The notes under the pieces were generated by a model. That model did not search any database. It was not told the origin of the DNA and worked only from the letters and a program-made list of their open reading frames with translations. This document shows positions 16,595 to 24,289 of a DNA stretch of 25,766 bases, in pieces. A program made the translations under genes and the position numbers. This stretch comes from Pirellulales bacterium (GTDB lineage Bacteria > Planctomycetota > Planctomycetia > Pirellulales > PALSA-1355): positions 1-25,766 of the forward strand of contig DATJTR010000117.1 of the NCBI GenBank assembly GCA_035503215.1, written 5' to 3'. Every line of letters begins with the position of its first letter. The first letter of the stretch is position 1.

Positions 16595-16785
16595 GTGCCG
16601 GTAGCACTTGGGGCCGGTAGAAACTACCCCCCTGGCAAGCTACGCGGAACAGGCACCGCTTAGAGCCCGCTCGACTCTGCACAGGGCATCGAGGCCCGCC
16701 GCAAGGCGAGTGTCAGCCTGAGGATGGGTGCCGCTACCCCCGTTTGGCGCTTGGTGTGAAAACCCAGCCGGCCAGCGGTAACGAA
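16595..16785 (+). ncRNA. Candidate structured RNA (3' UTR element or separate sRNA), no family recognised
   Basis: Hand-found helices: GGTAGC 16600-05/GCTACC 16733-38; GGCACC 16652-57/GGTGCC 16727-32; GGGG(CC)GGTAG-AAA-CTACCCCCC 16610-32; CTCGA...TCGAG enclosing CTCT-GCAC-AGGG; CGCC-GCAA-GGCG; GCT.GGT-GTGAAA-ACC.AGC within TGGC...GCCA and CGTT...AACG. No convincing ORF; ends just before a terminator. Confidence 0.5.
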
Positions 16786-16796
16786 ACAACGAGAAA

Positions 16797-16834
16797 GAGC
16801 CGCCGGAAGGGTCTTCCGGCGGCTCTATTTTTTT
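16797..16834 (+). terminator. Rho-independent terminator
   Basis: 13-bp perfect stem GAGCCGCCGGAAG/CTTCCGGCGGCTC, loop GGT, followed by TATTTTTTT. Confidence 0.9.
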
Positions 16835-16840
16835 GAGGAA

Positions 16841-17012
16841 GGCTACAGGCCACAGACTACAGGCTAAGGTAGGAAGCAGGGCAGCACCAAGTGGCCGCAT
16901 GAGTGCCGCACGTTTCGCGACGAGAAGACCAACGAACTCGTGGCGCGCTGCATTCGAGCTAAAGCCCAAGAGCTGTTGTCGCCTGTAGTCTGTAGCCTGC
17001 GGTCTGCAGCCT
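16841..17012. repeat. Two short heptamer arrays (consensus CTACAG[G/A]) in inverted orientation flanking about 116 nt
   Basis: Left CTACAGG-CCACAGA-CTACAGG (16843-16863). Right CCTGTAG-TCTGTAG-CCTGCGG-TCTGCAG (16982-17009). The arms give 13 bp of perfect complementarity and 20/24 overall. Confidence 0.75.
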
Positions 17013-17017
17013 TCCCC

Positions 17018-18106
17018 TCACATCTTCAGCGACGGCAACGGCGCGGCGGCGGGTCCGGCGGCGGCGAGATTGCGGACGAGCGTCTTGACGATCGCTTCCA
17101 AATAGGGCGCGGCGGCGGGATCGGTGAGATTGGCCGCCGTTTGACCACTGTCGCCGTGCTCGCGAATCGAAATCGTGATCGGCACCTCGCCCAAGAACGA
17201 AATGCCCAGCTCGGCCGCGCGGCGTTTGGCCCCGCCCGATCCAAAAATGTCGTACCGCTTGCCGCAATCGGGACAGACGAAGCCGCTCATGTTCTCGACC
17301 ATGCCCAGCACGGGAATGTTTACCTTGCGAAACATCGCCACCGCTTTCACCGCATCGAGCAGGGCCACGTCTTGCGGCGTGCACACCACCACCGCACCGG
17401 TCAGGGGAACGAGCTGCGATAGGCTGAGGGCAACGTCGCCCGTGCCGGGGGGCATATCGATCACCAGGTAGTCGAGCGGGCCCCAAGCAACGTCGCGCAA
17501 AAACTGGGTCAGCGTGTGGTGCAGCATCGGCCCACGCCACACGACCGCCTCGCCCGGGGCGACGAGCAAGCCGATCGAAATCATTTTCAGCCCGGCCGCG
17601 TCGATCGGCTGGATGCGGCTTTGCACTACCTCGGGCTTGCCGCTGGCGCCGAGCAGGTGCGGGATGCTGGGGCCATAGACGTCGGCATCGAGCAGGCCGA
17701 CGCGGCTGCCGGCTTTGGCCAACCCGAGCGCGAGACTGGCGGCGATCGTGCTCTTGCCGACGCCTCCCTTGCCCGAGCCGACCGCAATGATGCTCTTTGC
17801 GGTCACGCCGAGCTCGCCGCGCGGCTGCGGTGGCCGGTCGAGCACGGCCAGATCGACTTTCACTTCTTCGAGTGCCGGAAACCGGCCGGTGAGGAGCGTG
17901 ATCAGCCCGCGACAGGTGTCGTCCCACAAGGGAGCCGAATGGGTCGAGAGGGCCAGGGTGAGCGAAACGCGTCGGCCATCGATCGCCAGATCGCGGATCT
18001 GCGAGCCGGCCAGAAGGCTTTCGCCGGTTTCGGGATCGACGACCTCGGCCAACGCCCGCTCCAGGTCGGCCCGGCTGGGCAGTTCACTCGTGGGGGAATC
18101 GCTCAT
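17018..18106 (-). CDS. mrp: Mrp/ApbC/NBP35 iron-sulfur cluster carrier ATPase with N-terminal DUF59-like domain
   Basis: VGSGKGGVGKST, DADVYGPSIP, VVWRGPM, YLVIDMPPGTGD, GMVENMSGFVCPDCG, LGEVP. N-terminal LAEVVDPETG. Confidence 0.94.
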   Translation of the reverse strand: MSDSPTSELPSRADLERALAEVVDPETGESLLAGSQIRDLAIDGRRVSLTLALSTHSAPLWDDTCRGLITLLTGRFPALEEVKVDLAVLDRPPQPRGELGVTAKSIIAVGSGKGGVGKSTIAASLALGLAKAGSRVGLLDADVYGPSIPHLLGASGKPEVVQSRIQPIDAAGLKMISIGLLVAPGEAVVWRGPMLHHTLTQFLRDVAWGPLDYLVIDMPPGTGDVALSLSQLVPLTGAVVVCTPQDVALLDAVKAVAMFRKVNIPVLGMVENMSGFVCPDCGKRYDIFGSGGAKRRAAELGISFLGEVPITISIREHGDSGQTAANLTDPAAAPYLEAIVKTLVRNLAAAGPAAAPLPSLKM

Positions 18107-18123
18107 CGCGGTTTCAAATCCTC

Positions 18124-18567
18124 TCAAGATTCCAAGGGAAGCGTCTGCCAGATTTGTTCAACGAGTTCGTCCATGGCCGCCCAATGCCGGCTGGTGGCGT
18201 GGCGGCCGAGATGCCGCCGGGCCAGCCGCACCACGGCCGGTGCTTCGCCGCGGCCGCAGCAAACCTGCACGGCACCGAGTTCGCTGGCAAGTGCCGCCTC
18301 GTCGGCATCTTCGCGATCGAGCAGCACCACGACCGGGGCCTTGGGGTAGCGGCGTCCGAGGGTGTCGACCATTTCAGCCGCCTGATCCCGTCGCTGGGCG
18401 CTCCAGGCCAGGGCCACCAGGCTTTCGGGCGCGTCGGCAAGCCGTGCCAAAGCATCGGCCGGGCGACGCGTTTCGACGATCCGCAGCGGCTTGTCACCCG
18501 CAGCCTGCCGTAACGCGGCCGCCCAGCGGCCGGTCGGTTCGCAAACGATGAGTGCGGGACGAGACAT
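18124..18567 (-). CDS. Receiver (CheY)-fold-like protein with degenerate phosphorylation site
   Basis: LIVCE...WAAAL / ADALARL...SLVAL / YPKAPVVVL...AALASELGAVQV follows the alternating beta/alpha receiver layout. Ends 17 nt before mrp. Start placed at MSRPAL (18567). Confidence 0.6.
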   Translation of the reverse strand: MSRPALIVCEPTGRWAAALRQAAGDKPLRIVETRRPADALARLADAPESLVALAWSAQRRDQAAEMVDTLGRRYPKAPVVVLLDREDADEAALASELGAVQVCCGRGEAPAVVRLARRHLGRHATSRHWAAMDELVEQIWQTLPLES

Positions 18568-18773
18568 TAAAGGCTGCCAAAGACCAAGGAACGACTCGCC
18601 GCACTTCACGCGGCCGATCAGGCGAGAGTCATCCTAGGCTAGCACGGCGACGCCCCGCAAGCCACGGCCGGCGAGGCGCACCCGAAGATGGTATGCCCCT
18701 CGATTCCTCGGTTAAAATCAATTTCAGGATGGCTACAGCTTGTCGCACGCCTCCAGTCACGGGATGCCGAGCC

Positions 18774-20780
18774 ATGTACGAACGCTTTACCGACCGCGCC
18801 CGCAAGGTGATGAAACTGGCCAACGAGGAAGCTCAACGCTTCAACCACGAATACATCGGCACCGAGCACTTGTTGCTCGCGCTCGTCAAGGAGGGAAGCG
18901 GCACTGCGGCCGCCGTGCTCAAGAATCTCGACATCGATCTGGGCAAAATCCGGCTGGAGGTCGAAAAGCTTATCCCAAGTGGCCCTGATATGGCCGCGAT
19001 TGGCAGGCTTCCGCAGGCCCCGCGAGCCAAGAAAGTGGTGGAGTACGCGATGGAAGAAGCCCGCTTCCTGAACCACAACTATGTCGGCACCGAGCACTTC
19101 CTGCTGGGACTATTGCGCGAGGAGGAAGGGGTGGCGGCACACGTCCTGATGAACCTGGGGCTGACGTTGGAACAGGTCCGCCAGGAAGTGCTCAACCTGC
19201 TGGGACGCGGCCTTGCCCCGGCCGCCGCGGAAGATGCGGATCACGAGATCGGCGAGGCCGCACGCCGCCGCAACCGCGAAGGCAGAGGGATGTACGATCG
19301 CTTCACCGACCGCACCCGCAAGGTTATGGAGCTGGCCAACCAGGAAGCGCAGCGCTTTAACCACGAGCACCTCGGCACCGAGCACATCCTGCTGGGGCTC
19401 GTCAAAGAAGGGAGCGGCGTCGCGGCCAATGTACTCAAAAACCTCGACATCGATTTGCGCAAAATCCGACTGGAAGTCGAAAAGGTCATTCAAAGCGGAC
19501 CCGACATGCTCATGGCGGGCAAGCTGCCACTTACCCCGCGGGCCAAAAAAGCGATCAATTACGCTTTAGAAGAAGCCCGCAATCTGAACCACAACTACGT
19601 CGGCACCGAACACCTCCTGCTCGGCATGCTCCGCGAAAAGGAGGGGGTCGCCGCGCGGGTGCTGATCGGGCTGGGGTTGACGCTGGTCGAAGTCCGCCAC
19701 GAAGTGCTCAACCTGCTGGGCCACGTCGCGGAACCCGCGGCCGAGGCAGCCGGAGGCGTTGCAGAACCGGCTGCCGGCGAGGCCACTCGCGTCGAGAGCG
19801 CAATTCTTCGCAGCATGCCGTTGACCGCCCGGGCGCAAAAGGTTTTCCAATTGGCCAACGAGACCGCGCAGCGGCTCGACAGCCGCACCGTCGAGCCCGA
19901 GCATGTGCTGTTGGGGCTGCTCGACGAGGGGAGTGGCGCGGCGCTGCGGGTGCTGAAGCAGTTGGGAATCGACTTGCGCAAGCTGCGGTTGGAATTCGAA
20001 AAGATTGTGCAAAGCGAAGCAGGCCAAGAGCCGAGCGACCCCGCCTCCCGCGAACTTGGGACGAAAAAGACACTCGGGCGGGCAATCCACGAGGCGATGG
20101 AACTGGGTCACCCGTTCATCGGCACGGAGCACATCCTGCTGGGCCTGCTGAGCGAACCGGACGACGTGGCACGGCGGGCGCTTTCGAACGTGGGACTGAC
20201 GCTAGAGGAACTCCGCCCGGCGGTCGCCCGGGTGCAAAAAGGCGATTTCGCCGCGACCGTCGATCGGCTGACGGTGCCCGAGCGCGTGCAGCCGTGGTCC
20301 ACGACAGGCCGATATGCCCAGTTCACGGATCGTGCCCGCGACGTCCTGCGATCGGCCAACGACGAGGCGGCACGCTTCAATCACGAATACATCGGCACCG
20401 AGCACATTCTCTTGGGACTGATCGAGGAAGGGACCGATTGGTACTCGACCAATGGCGCAGGCAGGGTGCTGGTGAATCTTGGCATCGACCCGCGCAAGGT
20501 CCGCCGGGAAGTCGAAAAGCTCATCCAATATGGCCCCGACGCGGCGACGGTCGGCCGCCTGCCGCAAACCCCGCGGGCGAAACAGGTGGTCAACTACGCG
20601 ATCGAAGAGGCCCATTGGCTGGAGCACAAGCACGTCGAGCCCGAACATCTGCTGCTGGGCCTGGTGCGCGAATGCGAAGGGGTGGCTGCCCAGGTGCTGA
20701 TAAACCTGGGCCTGAAACTGGATGCGGCGCGAGCGGAAGTGCGGAAGCTCATCGGCGGCGGAAGCGAAAGCGCGGGCTGA
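18774..20780 (+). CDS. Protein of four tandem ClpC-type double-repeat N-domains, no AAA+ module
   Basis: Four units start MYERFTDRARKV (18774), MYDRFTDRTRKV (19290), LTARAQKV (about 19821) and YAQFTDRARDV (20313), each with two [G/E][T/P]EH.LL[G/A] motifs. No Walker A/B. Stop follows unit 4. 668 aa. Confidence 0.92.
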   Translation: MYERFTDRARKVMKLANEEAQRFNHEYIGTEHLLLALVKEGSGTAAAVLKNLDIDLGKIRLEVEKLIPSGPDMAAIGRLPQAPRAKKVVEYAMEEARFLNHNYVGTEHFLLGLLREEEGVAAHVLMNLGLTLEQVRQEVLNLLGRGLAPAAAEDADHEIGEAARRRNREGRGMYDRFTDRTRKVMELANQEAQRFNHEHLGTEHILLGLVKEGSGVAANVLKNLDIDLRKIRLEVEKVIQSGPDMLMAGKLPLTPRAKKAINYALEEARNLNHNYVGTEHLLLGMLREKEGVAARVLIGLGLTLVEVRHEVLNLLGHVAEPAAEAAGGVAEPAAGEATRVESAILRSMPLTARAQKVFQLANETAQRLDSRTVEPEHVLLGLLDEGSGAALRVLKQLGIDLRKLRLEFEKIVQSEAGQEPSDPASRELGTKKTLGRAIHEAMELGHPFIGTEHILLGLLSEPDDVARRALSNVGLTLEELRPAVARVQKGDFAATVDRLTVPERVQPWSTTGRYAQFTDRARDVLRSANDEAARFNHEYIGTEHILLGLIEEGTDWYSTNGAGRVLVNLGIDPRKVRREVEKLIQYGPDAATVGRLPQTPRAKQVVNYAIEEAHWLEHKHVEPEHLLLGLVRECEGVAAQVLINLGLKLDAARAEVRKLIGGGSESAG

Positions 20781-20807
20781 CGGGGCGCACTGCCGGCTTA
20801 TACGCAG

Positions 20808-20900
20808 TTTCAAAACCGGCGGGGACTGTCCCAAATATGCGGAGCCCGCGAGGCAAATTAAGACTGTCCGACTGTCCCCCTCTCCCAGCCGGTTTTGAAA
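20808..20900. mobile_element. 93-bp MITE/REP-like element with 13-bp terminal inverted repeats and flanking CAG direct repeat
   Basis: TTTCAAAACCGGC (20808-20) and GCCGGTTTTGAAA (20888-900), with CAG at 20805-07 and 20901-03. Three internal GACTGTCC copies (20824, 20862, 20870). Confidence 0.65.
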
Positions 20901-20906
20901 CAGCCG

Positions 20907-22382
20907 CTACGGCTGCGGGCGGAACTTTTCGCGGTCTTCTTCCAGCCCGAGCTGCACCAGGCGGCGATAGAGGCGCGGCCGGGTCAGGCCTAACAGGTGC
21001 GCGGCGCGGCTTTTGTTTCCCTTCGCCCGGGCGAGCGCCCGCTCGATGATTTCGATTTCGATTTTCGCCAAGAGGCCCGCCAGATCGACCGGCTCGTCGC
21101 GGCGCTGCGGCCGGCCGGCGGCGTCGGCGGCCAGGTGGATCTGCCTGGGCAGATCGCGAGGCCCGACGTGCAGGTCGGCCGCCCGGTCGTGGGCCTCGCG
21201 GACCACGGTGGCCAACTCGTCAAGATTGCCGGGCCAGGAATACGCGGCCAGCGCGTCGAGGGCTTCGGGCGTGAAGCCGGCCAGTTGGCGGCGGGCCGTC
21301 GCGTTCGTTTCTTCCAAGTACAGTTGGGCCAAGAGCGGCAGATCCTCCAGCCGCTGGGCCAGCGGCGGCAGCTCGATCGTCAGCGTCGAGAGCCAGGCGG
21401 TGAGATCGGACCGCAGGGTGCCGGCGGCCACGAGCTCAGCCGGCGGGCGCTCGGCCGTGGCGACGACGCGCCACGAGGCCAGCGAGCCGGCGAACATCGA
21501 CACGGCCGCTTGGGCTTCAAGTGATAGGCGATCGACGCCAAGCAGCAGCAGCGTGCGCCACGCTTCGGTCGGCGGGGTGCGGGCCAGTCCACCGAGCGTG
21601 GCGATCAATTGCTCGGCGTCGATCGAACCGCAGGCGACCGGCACGAGCTGGCCGGTCGAATCGGCGGGCGAGCGATAGTGGATCGCCCGAGCGACATGCT
21701 CCTTGCCGGCGCCCGGCGGCCCAACAACCAGCACGTTCGCCGGGGCGGCGGCCGCCAGCGACACTTGGGACCGCACGCGGGTGGCCGCCGCGCTCGAGCC
21801 GACCATCCGCTCCAGGCGGTAGCGGCCGGCCAGACGATGCCGCCAGCTCGCGAGCGCCGCGTGCAGCGATTCGGCCGAAGCGCCGTCGGCAGGCTCGGAA
21901 TCGACCGGTGCGGAAGCATCGACCGCGTCGACCACGACCAACAGGCCGGCCGGGGCGGATGCGACGGCCGCGGAGAGCAGATCGGCGCCTGCGAGCGTAC
22001 TTCCCTCGCCCGACAACTCCGCAGCGGGCGCGCCGGGCGAAAGGGGCAGAAAATCGGCCTGGCGAAAGACCAGCTCGCCGCGCAGGTCGATTGCCGACAC
22101 CCAACCGCGACCGGCCGAGCCGGCCAACGCCGTCGGCGGCGGGCACAGCCGGGCCGCGGCGGCCGCCGGACCGACCAGAGTCGCCGCGGCCGCTCGATCG
22201 TCGGCCGTGGGTCCATACCGGCAGGTTTGGCCGACCAGTTGTTCCTCGGACACGCCCGCCCAAGCCGCGCACGCGGCGTTGCAATAGACGATTTCGTGAC
22301 GATCGTCGATCAAATACACCGGGCGGGCGGCGGCCGCGAAATGCCGAACCAATTGCTGAGCGGTGGTGCGGGGGCGAGGCAT
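20907..22382 (-). CDS. PAS + degenerate sigma54-activator-type AAA + Fis-type HTH transcriptional regulator
   Basis: N-terminal PAS (VYLIDDRHEIVYCNAAC), Walker A GPPGAGKE, WPGNLDEL sensor II region, C-terminal GNKSRAAHLLGLTRPRLYRRL HTH. GAFTGA loop and Walker B are missing. Start placed at MPRPR (22382). Confidence 0.85.
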   Translation of the reverse strand: MPRPRTTAQQLVRHFAAAARPVYLIDDRHEIVYCNAACAAWAGVSEEQLVGQTCRYGPTADDRAAAATLVGPAAAAARLCPPPTALAGSAGRGWVSAIDLRGELVFRQADFLPLSPGAPAAELSGEGSTLAGADLLSAAVASAPAGLLVVVDAVDASAPVDSEPADGASAESLHAALASWRHRLAGRYRLERMVGSSAAATRVRSQVSLAAAAPANVLVVGPPGAGKEHVARAIHYRSPADSTGQLVPVACGSIDAEQLIATLGGLARTPPTEAWRTLLLLGVDRLSLEAQAAVSMFAGSLASWRVVATAERPPAELVAAGTLRSDLTAWLSTLTIELPPLAQRLEDLPLLAQLYLEETNATARRQLAGFTPEALDALAAYSWPGNLDELATVVREAHDRAADLHVGPRDLPRQIHLAADAAGRPQRRDEPVDLAGLLAKIEIEIIERALARAKGNKSRAAHLLGLTRPRLYRRLVQLGLEEDREKFRPQP

Positions 22383-22525
22383 CGGAAAACGGCCTGCAAG
22401 GGAAACGAGCGGCCCGCACGAGCAAAAACGCGCGGCGCGCGGGCGATGCGCTTCAGAATACTTCCGCCCGGGGCGAGACTCCAGCCAAGCCGCGGCGTGG
22501 GCCGAGATCACGACCGATCGCGGCT

Positions 22526-24289
22526 CTAGCGAGACGCGGTTTGCCCAGCGGCAGTGGGCACTTGGTCGGCCGGCAATGGAGCGGCTGGCAACGGGGCCGC
22601 ATCAACCGAAACGGCAGCCGGCACTGCGACGGGACGCATGCGGCGGGCCGCCTGCTGCGCTCCGCTCGTGGCGGGGGCCGCGGCTTCGGCCGCCGAATTG
22701 GCTGCGTCGAGCGGCGGAGCCGGATTGCATCCGAGCGCGATGACCAAACCGGCGCAGGCGAGCGCCGTGGCCGCGGCACCGACACCCCCCTGCCCCGGCG
22801 CCGCGCTGACCACCGGGCGGAAGAACATCACCGAAACGACGCGCAGATAGTAGCCGGCCGAAATGGCGGCGTTGATCACGCCGACAATGGCCAGCGCCAA
22901 AAACCAGCCCCGCAAGCCGGTGCTCGCCTCGGCACCACCGGCATCGACCCCCAAGGCACCGAGAAACAACGACAGTTTTCCCCAGAAGCCGGCAAACGGC
23001 GGCAAGCCGGTAAGACTGAACATGAAGACCGACATCGCCGCGGCGGCCCAAGGATGGTGCCGCCACAAGCCGGCCAGGTCGTCGACCCGGTTGATCTGCC
23101 GCTCGCCATCGCCCAGCCAGGCCAAGAGGGCGAACGCGCCGAGCGTGGCCACGGCATAGACCAACACGTAGAACAAGAGCGCGCCGATGCCGTCGACCGT
23201 CTTGGCGCCGCTGGCGCCGCCGGCCACGGCAAGTCCGACCGCGATGCCGATCAGCATGTAGCCGCCATGGGCGATCGACGAATAGGCCAGCAGCCGGCGA
23301 ATGTTCTGCTGCCACAAGGCCACCAGGTTGCCCAGTGTCATCGTCACCAGGCTCAACGTCAGGGCGACTCCCCAGCCGAAGCGAGCCAGCTCGTGCAGCG
23401 ACGGCTCGGGACCGGCCAGCCCGGCCACCACGATTCGCACCAAGGCGGTGACGCCGGCGATCTTGGGCACCACGGCCAGCACGCCGGCATTCAGATGCGA
23501 CGTGCCTTGGTAGACGTCGGGAGCGTAAAAGTGAAACGGCACGAGCGTGATGCGGAAGCCCAAGCCGGCAAAGATCAGCACCAAAGCGACTTTGCCGAAG
23601 ATGACCAACCGCGCGGCATCGGGGGCCGGCGACAGAAGAGCTCGCGCGGCCGCGGACAGCTCGGTCGAACCGGCCACGCCGTACATGAAGCTGAAACCGT
23701 ACAGCAGCAAGGCCGACGACAAGATGCTGAGGAAGAAGTATTTGGTCGTCGCTTCCTGCGCCGAGTCGCCGCCGCGGCCGAGATACAAAATCACGTAGGT
23801 CGGAATCGAAACCAATTCCAGGCCCACGAAAACCAGCACCAGGTCGTTCGCCACGGCCACCAGCATCAGGCCGGCGATCATCAACAGCAGCGAGCCGAGA
23901 TACTCGGTCATCAGGTTGCCGGACACCGTGCGCGAAGCGATTGCCACCACGGCCACGCCCAGCGCCAGCACCGACCAGCGAACGACCGACGAAAAATCGT
24001 CGATCGCCAGCGAGCCCGGCTCGGCCACTTCGGCGCCGGCGGCCGCGGCAGGAGCTGGACCGACCTCTGGTTCGGTGGCGGGTGCGGTAACCGCCGCCGA
24101 GCGGGCGGCCAGCAGGGCCGGATTATGCTCCTGCTGATAGAGGGCGATCCCGGCCAGCAGCAATCCGCCGGCCACCAGCCAGGACCAGCCTTCGCGGCCT
24201 GGCAGAAACGCCCCGACGACGAACGTCGCCGTGGCGAAGGCCAGCAGAATGATCTCGGGCAACAGTTGGTACAGCGTTTCAGTGGACAC
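22526..24289 (-). CDS. nuoN: NADH-quinone oxidoreductase subunit N
   Basis: DLVLVFVGLELVSIPTYV, EATTKYF, VPFHFYAPDVYQG, RRLLAYSSIAHGGY, SLTGLPPFAGFWGK. GTG start at 24289 with AAGGAGGT upstream, overlapping the nuoM stop. Confidence 0.95.
   Translation of the reverse strand: MSTETLYQLLPEIILLAFATATFVVGAFLPGREGWSWLVAGGLLLAGIALYQQEHNPALLAARSAAVTAPATEPEVGPAPAAAAGAEVAEPGSLAIDDFSSVVRWSVLALGVAVVAIASRTVSGNLMTEYLGSLLLMIAGLMLVAVANDLVLVFVGLELVSIPTYVILYLGRGGDSAQEATTKYFFLSILSSALLLYGFSFMYGVAGSTELSAAARALLSPAPDAARLVIFGKVALVLIFAGLGFRITLVPFHFYAPDVYQGTSHLNAGVLAVVPKIAGVTALVRIVVAGLAGPEPSLHELARFGWGVALTLSLVTMTLGNLVALWQQNIRRLLAYSSIAHGGYMLIGIAVGLAVAGGASGAKTVDGIGALLFYVLVYAVATLGAFALLAWLGDGERQINRVDDLAGLWRHHPWAAAAMSVFMFSLTGLPPFAGFWGKLSLFLGALGVDAGGAEASTGLRGWFLALAIVGVINAAISAGYYLRVVSVMFFRPVVSAAPGQGGVGAAATALACAGLVIALGCNPAPPLDAANSAAEAAAPATSGAQQAARRMRPVAVPAAVSVDAAPLPAAPLPADQVPTAAGQTASR

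Noticed and set aside
16718-16790. Hammerhead ribozyme (CTGAGGA at 16718-24, GAAA near 16783)
   Set aside because: The base after CUGANGA (U) cannot pair with the base before GAAA (C), and no stem I/III with a cleavage triplet could be built by hand.
16300-16834. tmRNA, 6S or RNase P identity for the structured locus
   Set aside because: No tRNA-like ends with T-loop and CCA, no GAGGAAAGUCC, not a single long rod, and the ORF has its own RBS and lacks an ssrA-type tag ending.
16860-16885. SRP RNA helix 8 (CAGG...AGGAAGCAG)
   Set aside because: No GNRA tetraloop at the right register, wrong spacing, no long enclosing stem, and the CAGG belongs to the heptamer repeat.
18774-20780. Truncated or pseudogenised clpC
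   Set aside because: The frame is intact over four units with a normal stop, and no AAA+ remnant follows in any frame. The downstream DNA is a short element and a convergent gene.
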